A stretch of 64,000 nt of DNA from Ruditapes philippinarum (taxonomy: Eukaryota). The stretch's first letter is position 1. The number at the start of each line of letters is the position of its first letter. The notes beneath the pieces are model-generated. The model had not been told where the DNA came from, searched no databases, and worked only from the letters and a program-made list of their open reading frames with translations. The stretch covers positions 1 through 64,000 of the forward strand of contig NW_026857690.1 in NCBI RefSeq assembly GCF_026571515.1, written 5' to 3'. Shown here in pieces: positions 1 through 15,100 of this stretch. The translations under genes and the position numbers were made by a program.

Positions 1-153
1 AATATCACAAAGTGTGGCATGAAAGTATATGAGATAGGGGGTTATAGGGTTAAAATTTGTTTAGTTAGGTAAACTGCCTCATTCCCAGTTGATATCATTT
101 TTAAAACTATATAAAAAGGTATGTAACATGAATTTTTGTTTGTATTCACAGAA

Positions 154-3100
154 ATGGATCAAGGAAGCTTTGGTTCAAACCAGCAAAGTGCTTATACTGC
201 AGTCCCTATGGTAATGCAGTCATCATTTGTGCAGCAACCTGTCTACCATAGTTACATGCCTGGAGCACAACAAATTCAAAATGTATATAGTCCAAACCAT
301 ACACTCAGGTAGGTACAGTCAGTCCTGTCATTTATGTAACTTTGTGATACAAGAACATCAACAACAGCAATACACAACTCTACTGTATAAAGTGTCTCTA
401 ATACAGTCTCGAAGATTTATTATAACTTATAGACTAATTTCATTTGATAATCATATTGAAATAGATAAATAGAACTGAAATTGACATTATATGTATTTGA
501 CAGCCAGGGATATTGTAATTTGTATATGTATATGCAGCTTTGAATTTTATTTCATTGTGCATGTTGTGTATAAAGTGTAATACATAGGCCTATAGATATA
601 AGTTATAACATAATCCTGTTGGTAGTGCAAATGGCAAAATTTAAGAAATTGCAAAAGTCTATAGTGAGTTGCAACAGTGATGATGATGTTGTTGTTGTTG
701 TTGTTTTCACTTGATTGTGTGTGTGTGTGGGGGGGGGGGGGGGTGGTTTCTTCGCAGTTGTCATGTTTACAAAATGCAAAAAATATGCTCTCCGTTTCGA
801 CCGGCAATCAGGTCATCATCAGACATTCTGCCATGAATGTGACGGGGCTTATTTTCACCATAACAATGCACAGCCACATCAATTCCTGTAGCACTACTTT
901 GAAGGGCCTGCTGCATCAAGTTGTCCTTTGTGGTACTCGTCATTGTTACTGACCTTCACTTCTCGCAAGGTGGTACATGTGTTTGCCCGTGTTTCTTTTC
1001 TTTTCATCTTAAATTGTTTTTGTTTTTTGGTAATGCCTATGCCTTTGAAGTCTTTTTGATGCTGATTTTAGATATCGAAGTGGTCTTGGTGATAGGAAGT
1101 GTCCTGTTATACTTCGGACCTTTTTCTCAACAGAAACTTGCAGTGAATTGTTTATCTGGAGAGTTTTTGAAGCTAAGCTGCCAACAACAAAAAACTTTAT
1201 TTCATGAAAATCTGTTTTCTATTTCTGAAGATATGTTATAATTTGTAATGCCATTTTTTTATCTAAAATTCTGTTGGCCGAGCCTGATTTTCCGCAAAGT
1301 GGTCACCCTTTAAGAAATGCTCCTGTATCAATGAAAATCTGTTTTCTATTTCTGAAGATATGTTATAATTTGTAATGCCATTTTTTTATCTAAAATTCTG
1401 TTGGCCGAGCCTGATTTTCCGCAAAGTGGTCACCCTTTAAGAAATGCTCCTGTATCAATGTGAAATGTAAGATACATTGATTTCTTGATTAGTATTACTT
1501 GTTCAACATAAAATTACCAAAAAATGTGTGTAAATGTTCTTTTAAATGAAATTTTATGTTCATTTAGGTGTCACCCCAGTACAGAATTAGACCCAGCCCG
1601 TTGTAGTCAAGAAAGTAGTTCTTTTAAATTTTGAAAATGTTAAATTTTTAAAACCTTTTGATATTAAAATTTTTATGCCAATACATTTTAACTTATTTTT
1701 GGTATTTGAAAAAATATAATTATTTTAATAACTTTGGAAACAAATCCAAAATGACCTGATAGTATCTCCATTCAATGGACTCCACTAAGATTCATAGCAA
1801 TGAAATTGTCCTTATTTGTGGAGTATAGATATACCAACGGTTGTACCTGTAATAATCTGAACATTTAAGATCTCTGTTTTCATTGCTGCAGCAATCTGTC
1901 TTGCAATGGTAGGCATACTTGTGTAGAGTTTGTTTCCATAAAATAAGATGAGCCACTGTATCGATTGAATAATTATCAAACTGACTTTATATAATAATCC
2001 TCCCAGGGTATTTAAATGGGAATATTTTATCTGATTAAGGTACAATTTAATGGTGTGAAAGGTTTTAAAACAGACAAATTACAGGGATCAGATTCTTAGG
2101 TAAACTTGACACACACATAAAAAGTCCTTTTATATAAGGAAAATGTTGGGCTGACTGAAACAAGGTCAGATAAGAATGGAGTCATTGAATTCAGTGGGTC
2201 CTTCATACAGTCTGAACTGTAGTTGCAAGATTTGATTTGGTCAATGTTTCTCCTTTATAATTTTTCACCATGCACTCATGATGCACTCAACACAGGTGTA
2301 ACTGTTGCTGGATAGTTCCATTGCCTGTTTAAGATGGCAAAAAGAAGTTCTACTGCTTGTGAAAATACTGTTTTTGAAGCTCACATAAAGAAATGAAATT
2401 ACAACTTAAAATAGAATGAACAGATTTCTTCTTTTTAAGTTATTGCTTTAAATGTTTTACAAATATTTCAGGTCCGATGTATATCAGCATCACGCCCAGT
2501 TACAGTCAGTGGCACCTCAGACTGCAAGTCCTCAAGGATTGATGTTTTTGTCAAATATACCCCCTCCTTTTACCCAAGTGCCCCCGGTATTAACATAAGT
2601 ATAATTTAAAAATTATAATCTACAAGTATTCAATAGATATAAGATCTTTAAGAATAAAATGATTTAGATGAAATTTAATGGTTAATAAAAGATGCCACAA
2701 GAATACTCAATCGACATTTTATGAATTACATTATGTAAAATTATTAAGTAATCTTATTTGTCAGATATGTTGTGCTCTTATTTAATGTCTGGCGTGTTTT
2801 ACAATTTCTATTGCAGAAATATGTTTGAAATTTATAAATACTTAGGCCAATGTTACTAGTTTTTGAACCCATCTTTTTTAACCCATGTAATAAAGTATAT
2901 TTTCATAGATTTATTGACTATAAATTCATTATTACAGCGAGGTCAAGCAATATATTACCCTCCCACTCCCCCTCAGCAGTATATGTCCGCTGCCCAACAA
3001 CCAGACACCGCATACCTACCTGCAAGTTTACCCCCTTTGATACCTCATCATCCTCATGAAAACTTGAGTATACCACCTTCCTCAGTGGCAGCACAATGGT

Positions 3101-6100
3101 CGGTAGCTGCGTCACCACCATCACCCTTCAGATTGCCTGTAACACCAAGAAGGTATTTTGTATTATTTAGATGATTCTATAATCTGATATATCACCAACA
3201 ACATTGTATTAGAATTAAGTCAATATGACAGCATTTTATAATTATCTACACTAAATGGGAGAATATTTTCTCTTTATTATTTAAAACATGAGAGTACTTT
3301 TGCAGACCTACTTTTCTAGCAGGGCAACTTCCCAATATAACAAAACAGTTATTAGTTTAAACAATTCTTAAACTAGAATCTCTTTACATAATCTTTTCAA
3401 CATCAGAAAACTTGATGTTCTTTTTCCTGTATGATATAAATTTTGCCCTTATAACTTTCAACACTTCAACTTTCAGGGTTGTCATTCTAAAAACTTCAAA
3501 ACTTAGAAAGCACTTTTGTTGTATGTGATAAAACCAAAAATGACTGCCTAAAATTCAAAACACACATTCTCAGAATTTTTTTAATGGCAACACAGCTTAT
3601 ACTGCAGTCACTTATTTTCTGTTTTCAGTAGCCCCCTGCCAATCAGCTTTACACCAACTGTGATACCTTCTCGTCTGAAATTACTTGCAGAGCATTATGC
3701 AGTATCTAAGAATGGTAGGACATTGTATGATATCATCTTTTTCCATGTAAATTTATATTTTTGAGACAAAAATCTTGAAAACACTTAAGATAATTTATTT
3801 ACTAAATGAATTCTAATTTTAAAGAAGAGAAAAGTAACAGTATAATTGTATTGAGCAAGTATTTAAGAAGAAAGCAGAGTAAGAGTTAAACTATATTTTA
3901 ACGCATCATGTCAGGTGTTTAGTTATTCCTGCGAGCATTTAATGGGCAAGGTGACATTCCCCTAGTGTTGGCAGATTACCACACATCATTTTTTGTGCTA
4001 CAACAGGAATTTTTAAATAGTTGCTATTTCATCTGTCCGTCTGTTTATCCATTCATCAGTCCATCAAGCTGCTTTATTTAATTTACATCTCGCCAACTAT
4101 TTTGTGCAAAAATTCATTTAAACTTGATTGATTCATTTCCAACAAAGAACAGCAGCATATATTAACAGTGTGTTCTGGTTAAATTATTTCTCTAACAATC
4201 AGAGAGCATTGCCTTTTGATTTCTTTTCATCTGACATACTTGTACAGACCATATTTCAGGTACTTTGGAATTCATGAAAACTCAATGCAATGCATCTACA
4301 TGTACATACTAAATAAAGATGTACATATTATTAGGGCTGTCATTGATGGACAATTTTGTATCGATATATCAAGAGACAAATATCAACAATATATCGACTT
4401 TAACAGTAGATACAATGAAAAACCTTTAAATGTGTGTTGTAAATTGGAATCATGGTGTTATGCATGCTTGTATTAGACTATAAATACTATAAACTAACAG
4501 AAAGTTTCTTTTTTTCTGTTATTTTTGTCACTGACAATTGAAAACAAAGTTTAAAGTTCAAGAAAACTGGAAAAAAGTGACTTCTCTTATTAGGCAAAAT
4601 TGAGAGGTATAATTTACTAACAGAAATAAATAAATTTTAGCTTGTATCGATATTTGAAAATGTGTACATTTTGTATTGATATTGTATCGGATGATGAATA
4701 TTGATGATATATGGATATTGTGATATTCAATGACAGCCCTACATATTATTGTTTTGTTCAATTAAATATAACCAAGCTATAATCAATTATGTATCTTACA
4801 TAGTCTTATGTAGGGAGAAATTAGGGTGACAGAATCATTATGCAATATCTAGTCTATGACTTGTAACTAAATGATGCAGAATGACTTAAGATACTTCATG
4901 CTCATACGAACATATCAATCAGATTTTGAATATTAGGTATGTACATTTGTAATTATATATTCAATTTATTAGAAACCATATTATTGATTGATTATGATGT
5001 TAGAAAAATGTTTTATTTAATGATTTTTTTACTGATTACAGAAAAATCAAACACTTCATCCGACATGTCCATGAAAAGTTCCTCTCAACACGGAATTAAA
5101 GTAAGAAATTCAGTGACTGCAACAACAGCAGATTCAACTAAGTCAGTTATCTCACCATCCTCTGGTCCAAATTTTCCAAAGTTATTATCAGCTGATAGAG
5201 GGATTGATATCAAAAATAGTGAAGATGAAAACAGTAAAACTGATATACAAAATCTAGTTGATTACTATGTTAATAAACATGTTGGTTTAAGTCATCCAAA
5301 AGTTGTGGATAACGGTCAAGTTAAACAAATGGACAAAAGTGAAACGGAAGCATCTTCTAAAGATAATCTCAACAACAACAATAATGCAGCTGAAAGTGAT
5401 ACCAGTGATCTTAAGAAAGGTCTCAAGTTTCCATACAAACTTGAGGAAAATTCAAATGTCAGCAGTAATGTGATGAAGAAAAACAGTGATGTGCTTAACT
5501 GGTTGTCAAAATCAGAAAGTGAACCTGGTGAAGGTTATCCAGATACTTTGGTAGAGGAACTCAGCAATGAAAGTGTATTGAAAGAGGTTAATGGTGATGT
5601 AACATTGGCAACAGGAGAACAGGAGAGACATCATTGCCCCAAGCTTGATGTCAGAAAGAATTCTGTTGATTCATTAAAGTCGGAAGTAGCACTTGTCAAT
5701 GAATATGTGGCTACTAATGATAATTACGCAGCGAAAAAGATAAACAATTTCTTTGAAGCTGGTTCTGATGTTGTTATAGAAGAGCATGAATTATTATTGC
5801 AAAATATGACAGATGATTTTAGCGAATACAGTCAAGATAATATTCTGATCGAGGACAATGGTGGTATCAGATCAGATATTGTTCATGAAGCTAAAGAAAA
5901 CATTCTACATGTGAAGAAGGGAAAAGATGATTCGGATGATTTTGAGAAATTCTTTTTTAAAGTGACTGCATCAAGACATGGGATATCCATTTCAAGTCCT
6001 GAGAAAGAGCCTGATGTAGGTAATGGTGAGGTTCCAAATAGCTCTCAGTCTCTGAAAACTGTAAATGATATAAGCAGTGTTGAGGGTTCACAGAGTGATG

Positions 6101-9100
6101 TTGGGGATGCATTTAAGTTGAAGGCTTCTCAAAGTGGAATCATAGTGCAAGATCCCAGAGAGAGGGCAGAATTTTCCACAGACAGTGATGCTGAGCTAGA
6201 CCAGTCTTACAGAGATAGGGCAAATTTGCAAAGAAAAAGACATATGTCAACCCCAGTTCCATCTAATATAAAACTTGATCCAAAAATACCAGAATTTAAA
6301 CCTAGGTCAAGGAAGAGGGCAGTATCATGTGGACTGAGAGCTGAGGCAATTTCTGAAGTGGATCATAAGAAGGAAATTGACTCGACTATAAGAGCTGATG
6401 CACCTGCCTTTGTACCAATTTGGAAAACAACTGACCCAAAGAAAAATAATGACATTATTCCATCGGAACAAAAAGAACAGAAACAAGAAAGTACAGCTCA
6501 AATTGACAATACACCATTGTCAAAAGAGTCAGCATCTAACACAACCGTGGCAATTCAAGCTCAACCTGATACTTCTGATGTTAATGTAGAAACTGTTAAA
6601 ATAGTTACAAAAGAATCCAGCACAGTTACATGCACTTGTGAATGTAGAGATGTTAGTGTTAACACTGTTACTGATGCAGAAATAGATGGTGAAAATGAGG
6701 TTGTTAAAAGATCATCAAGAAGATTCTCCAGTAAAGCAACTAATACAGATATGTCCAACAAGAGGACGATTGGAACACAGCATTCTACAAAAGAGAAAGT
6801 AAAGCCACAAATGAATGATCAGGACACTATGACAGAATTATTGCCAGAGTTAGGTGAAGGCTGTGGAGGACCTTGTTTAGATGTTTTAGGAGCGGCACAG
6901 ATACTGCAGAAACAGGCTGTTCTGATGAAAAGTATTGGGCAGATTCAGGTTTGTTAATTTTCTTTTTCATGTGACAGTGAGTGTTTATGTCTGTATATAT
7001 AAATATGTGTTGATGTGTGTAGATTTATCATTTTCATGAGACTAACTCAAGTGTGATTTTTTTTTTTTTTTAGCAAACCATAACAGACCAAAACAAAAAG
7101 CACAGAAAGTATCTGTTTTCAAACATTCTTTTATAATAATTTCATTTGAATTTAGAAACCACACATAATTTAATAAACTGGGTGTTGTTACAATTTACAA
7201 TGTTTTCAGTAATATAGATGAAATTCAGCACTTGATTTTCCTGCATATAGTAACATCATTCAGATAATCAACACAAAAAAGATTAACATTGTTATAATTG
7301 TAACCAGGTGAAAAAAATAATATTCATTACCATTTATTTATAGAATGAGATGAAAGAATCAGAAGTGACAGAGGGAAAATTTCAAATAAAAGACAATGTT
7401 CTTAAGTTTGTTCTGGATGTAATTGGACTGTTCACTGAAAGGTAAGCTGTGCTGATTTTTTTTTAAGTCTGCTTTAGTTGGGGATGATCTATTGCTTAAC
7501 ACGTGATTCCTATTTCAATATTCTAAAATGAATAACAAACAGATCTTTGTCAGATGTGCACTGATGTGCAGGTTGGCCTAACTATACTGGCAGGTAACCT
7601 CTGCTGTTAGCACTTTTGAGAGTTAAGTACTTCATTACTAGGTATCCAGAATTTTGTAATTTTATGCTAATACATGGTTTATTTGTGATTTCAACAGGAA
7701 AATGTCGGGTTACTATATATGTTAAATGGCTGTTCCAAAAGGTGTTGATTCTTATAATTTATATAGGTTATTTAATGTTTATGTATAAAGGGAATGATTA
7801 ACTTAGAAGTAAACAAAGAGACCAGTCCAACCTTAATTTCTGAATTTTGAGCAAAAATCCTCAATCCTTAATGCTATTTGTCAGATGCCGAAAATTCTGT
7901 AAAAAAAATACCCTCCAAACACATTTGTATTCACATTCAGTTATTGGTTTAACTATGATTGTGGTGCTTTCAGAGTTGAACCTTGCAAGTTGAAGAATGA
8001 GATAGAGAGAAAACTCCAGGTGTTTGTAGATGAATCATTAATTCATGCAAAGGTATGTATAAATGCACATGTTGATGGTAAAATTGGATAAAAATAGAAA
8101 AATGTTTCTTTACATATTTTGAATTTCTGTTCGTAAATCCAGTTTCTCACCAAAGTAATAACAACAAGTTATTAAAAGTGCTATTTACACAAGTCATCAC
8201 CTTATTGCAGTAACAGGTTAACTCCTATTAAATTTAATAGGAGATAACCTGTTACTGTACTAAGGTGACAAAGTGTTTTATTTTAAAACTTAGATTGTGA
8301 ATTGTTTTCTATGAAGCATTAATAAATAATGTCAAAGATATTTTTTACTTAATACAAAATCAATGTAATTAGTAATTTAGATGTTATGTTTAGGCGAATA
8401 ACAATACATGTTTATGGATAAGTCCAGTTATAATACACTTCAACATTTTACTACAATAATGACATATTTTTATCTTTAAAAAATATTTGATGTACTTTAC
8501 TTTGTCATTTATCCGTATTTTATTAACTAAATCTTAAGTACATGTATTATCAAACAGACATTTCTTTATGGTGGCATTCAAAGGAATCTCTGCATAATTA
8601 TGTACTTGTGTTAGATGCATGTGTCAAAATGTTCAATGTTTTCAGGGTGGATGAATTTGCAGTCAACATACAAACATGTAATGATATATAAGGTTGTGTC
8701 AAACTTGCCGTGTTTTGTTGCTATGGAAACAGTGTATGCTTTATAGTGTAGATGTTTTTGCTATTGTACATGGACTTCAATCACAATATATGCTTCATTG
8801 GTTGAACACCTCTAAATACTTCCTTTCTCTATATAACTGCTTTTGATAGATATATAAAAATTTTATTTATAGTGTAACAATTATTTGCTTTTTTCCTGTA
8901 ACAAAGAACACATTGTGTAATCATTTAAAAATAATAATAAGCACTAAAGATAATTTAGATTAAATTGAACTGGATTTTTTTTCATGGAGGGGGTGGGGGG
9001 CTCCCAGGGAAATGGATAAAAGTCCTCTGATCTAAAATTGACAAAGTCTTCCCATTTTACAGTTTAGAGCTATAAAAAACATTTCACAAACATAGGTTGT

Positions 9101-12100
9101 TCTGCCTGTATCGCTAACCCAAAATGATTCCATACTTCTGACTTAAATGTTCTGCCCTTAAGGTAACTGAAAATACATTAAATTTTCTTTTTGGGAAACT
9201 GCTATGGCAAAAGCTGTATAAAGCATTCAGCTGGGGTGAAAAACAAAACACACTTATTGAAGAATTCTGACTTTTTCTTACAAGTGATCTAGGATCATCA
9301 TGGATTTATTTTTGGGGTCCCTACTTTATCCATAAGATATACTTGGTTTTGGTCGATATAAAAATTATATCTTATAAAACAAGAAATATTACATGAACAT
9401 GATATCTATCTATTACTAACTTTGGATGAGTGATTTGTGATTAATAATGCTCTTATTTACAAGTTTAGTAATTCTTAGATGTAACATATCCTTTTCTTTT
9501 TATTTGCCTTTATAATTCTGACGTCACTGTCATTTGGCAAAAAAAATATCCTTTTTTTTGTAATAATTCTATGCTAAAATAATATTTGCAACCAGCATCC
9601 TACATAATATTATATGCTTTTATAGAACCAGTTATATTTCTATTCTCCTTGAAAATTTCCTGTATGATAAACAGTTTGCAGGTTTTTCTTTCCATATTTC
9701 GTTATTCTTTCATACATTCTTACATGTACAGTTTCTTGAAGCATCTTCTTTTATCAGCTTATATCTTAGACATTAGAATTTAAAAGTACAATCTTTTGAA
9801 AAGCTTCACCAATTCATAAGGTCAGGGGTTTAGATATTGTGTGTGTTGCATTTTCTAATGAAAGTGTTGTTTGTTCACCTTCTGTTTAACATTGGCTCCA
9901 CACTGGTGGTTAACACAGTTGATTTTTTTTAGATATAGGTAGAACCTTGAAAAATCTTTTCAGTATTAAGGCCTAGAGCTTAGATATTGGGGGATACATC
10001 TACCAAATATGTTTAAATCATGACCCTGATGGGCACTTGATATAACTTTGTGTCATGTAGGAAATTAAAAAAAGTTCTCTTGATAACTGGAAGTCCTAGA
10101 ACTTAGATATTTTGTGTTTATTTGTGTCTATTTAAATCACAACCTTGGGGGTCACACAGGGGTGGGGCCTATTTTATATAGACTTACTTCAGGAGAATCT
10201 TTAAAAATCTATATTTTTTTTAAATGACAAGTCGAGTTAAGATATATGATGCATGGTTATGTCAGATTTACTTCTATTTAGTTTACTTAAAGACAATAGA
10301 TGTTAAGTGGGTAAAAATGATTGCTGTCTTGTTTCTCTTAGTGAAGTCATGTCAATGATTTGGTAAAAGCAATATTGTGGTGGTGGCAATCATTTCTATG
10401 ACCCATTTCCTTGATTTACAAAATTTTAGTTATAGATTGCTTAAATATATCTATTATAGCAATAAGTCTGTTAATGTTTAGATATATGAAAGAAGATAAT
10501 GGCTGTTGACATTTGTTTTTCTATGACAATTTGATGAGATAATGCATGAAATGGTATTATCCTTCTTTACTAAGTCTGTTAATACGATGAAATAAAAAAC
10601 ATAAACCACTAGCTTAAAAAATGCTTTTCAGATCTATTTATATGTTAAAAATGCCCATTTAATAACAACAAAAAATCAAACTCAAGGGCAGATAACTCGA
10701 AAACAAGGTCAGTTACCCACAACTGCTTTTCTCTTTAAATGTTTCTATTATAATACTCTGGTATCATGCAGGGTTTGAATAAATTATACATGGAGTAAAC
10801 AGTATTCATTCTGCTATATGTCTATATGTCACTATAGCATATGCCTTAAGTAAATAAAATAGTAAATGAAGTATTTGTAGAAATTTTTACTGTCAGTTAA
10901 ACAAATTTAGCAGGATGAATATTTAAGGAATCACTGTATTTGTTGTGGCTTAGTAATCCTTGTTGTAAACATTATATAGGCAGATAGATAAAATGCTTGT
11001 AGTTTTCTTACACCAGAGGTTTGCAGTTATATTTCATAGCATAAAATTTTATGAAAATAAGTAATAATTATAAGTAATACATGTATGTCTTTTTCAAATT
11101 TTACACAAGTATAAACTGAATTGCAGATACCGTTTAAAAACATGCTATACTTTTATTTAATATTCTGTAACTGTTATAATTTAAAGTGTTAACATTTTAT
11201 TGACTTTGTTTAAATATTTTAAAATTGGTAAATATTTAAGATTACCTGCTTGTGTTGTATTTCAGTCAGTTTCCGTGGATACAGTTTCCTCCAGTCAACC
11301 AGGTGATATAGGTGAAGGTCTACCAGACGTCTCCAGTCATCTACCTGGGATACATGAAACAGAAATAGGAATACACAATGGTACCAGTCTAGACTCACAA
11401 GAAATTGGAAGTGCATCTAGAACCAGCCCAGAGACACAAAATGTTAGTGGTGTATCTAGAACCAGTCCTGAAAAGCAAAAATATTAGCAGTGTATCTAGG
11501 ATTAATCCAGAAACTCAAGAATATAAACGGTATATCTACAACCAGTCCAGAGATGGTTTGATAGTAGTAGGGCATTTTGAACTAGTCCAGACACAAAAGA
11601 TATAAGTATTGTATCTAGAAGCAGTCTAGAGGCACAAGATATAAACAGTGTATCTAGAACTGGTTCAGAGATGCCAGATATTAGTGGTGTATCAAAAACC
11701 AGTCCAGAGACGCAAGATGTCAGTGAGATATCTAGAAGCAGTCCAGACACAAAAGATGTAAGCAATGCAGCTAAAACTAGTCCAGATACACAATATATTA
11801 GCAGTGTCTCTAAAACCAGTACAGACAAACAAGGAATCAGTAGAATATCTAGTACCTGTCTAAGCATTCCAATGAGTGAGGTATGTATGATGGATTTTTC
11901 TTTGTTTACATTTGGTTTTAAGTTGCATTGAATTTTCAGTTGTTACTAGTGAAGGAATTTCTGAGTATTCGTTGCTAGTTGACTTGTGCTGTTAAAAGCA
12001 GAAACAGAAAATTTCACTCAGCTGCTTGTAATTACAAATAAAATTTAAGAGAACTTGATGCAGGACAAGTAGAATAATGTTGCCTGCACATTGGATTAAG

Positions 12101-15100
12101 AAGCGAGTTACTTTGAAATTATTTTTCGATGCCTGAAAAGATTCATTATCACATTTTATCATATGTTTCAGCAGGCAAAGATAAGTTTCCAAATAACCCC
12201 ATTGGTCAATTACAGGATATAATTATTTGAAAATAATATAAAACTATTTTTTAACAAAACTGAAGTTATAATAAAGTTTATTTTTAATCACTTATGCATG
12301 TACCATCTTCTGTTTTGTGAAAAAAGTGTAAGTTTTGGATAAATTAGGGCCTGAGGTATGCTTCTAATTCCTTTATTATACAGAATATTTACCATTTAGT
12401 ATTTATAAATTTCAGAAGAAAACTCCAAAGGAGGTTGGTTTTATGGAAATTGAAGATGATACGGATGAAGATGATGATGATGATGCTAATGAAACTGTAA
12501 TATCAGTAGATAAAGTAGAAGATGTTACTGTGAATAGTGTGAATAAGGAAACAGAAGATAAACAAATATTGAAGGTAATATCATACATGATGAGACTCAG
12601 AAAAGTTGAATGATACGGATGGATACAAAACTTTCAATCAGTTAATCTCTGACATTTCTGGATTTATATGATGGGCTTTGCACTGCTTAATAATTGGAAC
12701 AGTCCATCAGAACTTTAAGGGATTTTAGTATAGAAATACTGAAATTAATTAACCAATAGTATACAATTGTATTTCCTGGTCAGAATGCATTTCCCGGTCC
12801 GGCATAAACTTGTCATGGAAAAAGGTTGTTCCTTTTTTTCAGCATGTTCAATTAAAACTCTTTATACTTTTAAAAAAATCTGGCAGTGGTATTTTTTTAC
12901 TTAATTGGTAAAGGACTTAGCCTTTGATTAGGGGAAATTATTCTCACAGTAATTGGGCTTTTTTGGAAGTAAAAAGGCTTTGTGGTTTAAGGTTTTTCAA
13001 TATTTCCAAAAAAAAATCCATTGGAAAAAAGGCTTTTTTATAGACTGCTGTTACATTAATGAAAAATCAGTCCCAGGAGAATTTAATTAGAAGTTTTTCC
13101 TTTTATTTTAGGCAGGAAAAAATTGTCTGCGAGTTTCAATTAAAAAATTTATATTTTGGATCTAAATTAAACATGGTTCGGAAATTTCAGAATGTTTGCT
13201 TAGTTTAATTTTGCAAAGATTTAACCTGGGTGGTTGGTAAAAAAAAAAAAAGAAAAAACATTAAAGTGTTCGAAATGTTAAAATGTTTAAACTTCCCAAA
13301 TGAGATTTATATTCTTTAAAGGAAGAAACATAAAGGGGTTTAAGAACCTGAAGAAAAGCGCAGGGGAAATATTTAAATATATATAGATAAAATAAAACCT
13401 TTAGGGGTTTTAAAAAAAGGGGAAAAGAAAGTTTGAAAGAGATTTTAAAACGAAAAACATGATGGGTAATTTTAAAATTTTTACACCAAAGCTAAAAAAC
13501 AGAAAAGGGAATAAAATTTGGAAATACCTGCTATTTCTGAGAACTCTGAAGATATGGCAAAAGCAAGTAAGGAGATGCAGATGGATGAGCTAGGTGACAG
13601 AGTAACAGGAAAGTTAAACCCTTCTCTTGAGAAGACTCTCTTTGACAAAAAAGTAGAGGAGTTTCTAGAATATTCAATCAAGGAAGTTGGGGACAATAAA
13701 AGTAATGTGAAGTTTGAAACTTCAAAAGATGACTTACCTGATGTTTACACCAATTCTGAAGTGGTTCTAAAAAGTAACAACATGCCTGATGAAAATTGTG
13801 CAATGATAAAAATGATCTCGGAGAAAATGAGTGCAGAATATGGTCTAAAACCGGATAACAAGGGTGATGCAAGTAATATAGTAGACAGTACAAAAGAAGA
13901 TAGTGGAAAAAGTAGTGATATCAAAGAAAGGTCAGCAGTTACTTCATCAATATCTACTGAGTCCTCCAAATCTGAGACGAATCTGAGTCAAGCAGAAGTA
14001 TTTAAGTCACCACCAGGTCTGGGAGGGCCAGACTCTTGCTTGTATAGCAAAGTGATTGAAAAGAAATCAACAAATGAACCTGTTGTAGGGATGCAGAATG
14101 ACCAGGTTGTTAGCTTTACTCCTCCTGTTGCTGGGATACCATTTATACATCCATTCATAGATCCAGGAATATACCAGGCTGTGGAAGCACAGCTGAAAAT
14201 GTTATACCCTGAAATAGCTTCTAACCCAGCAATTTTAACACAAGTTGCAATTCAACAGACTTGTATTCTACAGATGTGCCTAAATTCTCAAACTGGTGAT
14301 GTAAACCAAGCACATGGGAATGTTAATCAAGTGGAGAGAGGAGTAAGTATGAAGAAATTCATTATACAGTGTATATAATTTTATGGCTATGCCTCTGATA
14401 TTGAAAATAGACCATTTGAAGACTTGTGAGGCTATCTTACTTAAATGTGTGTCTGCATTACACTTTGATTTAAGTTTTATCTGCATCTTGTTGTAAAACA
14501 TCATCTTCTCAACCACTAAAGATATTTGCTTATAACTTCAACATGTCTTTGTGATCATAATAGGCGGTCACTGTCCAATGCCCACAACTATAACATAGAT
14601 TTTGTCAGAATTATGGCTCTTTTTGAACTTACAAAAATTCTTTGTTAAAATTTTAACATGCAACATCAATTTTCAAAACTACTCAAGATATGTACTCCAA
14701 ACTTAATATGTGAATTATACATGATTAGCATAGTATTCTTGTGAAACTGTTAAGAAATGTTGGTATGTATGTTTGGATGATATCTGAATTATATGTTTGT
14801 CATATATTATTTAATTCTATATGTATATTAAGTATATTTTGACAATTTGCCAATGCAATACATATAATACAGCATTAAAATAGTGTTGATAATGAAAATA
14901 GAGTTATCTAATATTTACTTTGACAATTTTGTCTAGACTGACCAGTGTTCTTTACCAGATGGCCAGCCTCTAAGATTACCTGGGAAACCTACATTACATG
15001 AACAAGGGGGACTACCAACTCCGTCATCTGATGTGCAAAAGGGACAAACAATACCTACATTAGACAAGCAATTGAGACAGCCAATTTCACAATCAGATAT

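Noticed and set aside
1568-1614. Possible small exon (ttag|gtgtcacccc...)
   Set aside because: No donor gives a phase compatible with both neighbours, and exon 152-308 joins 2472 in frame without it.
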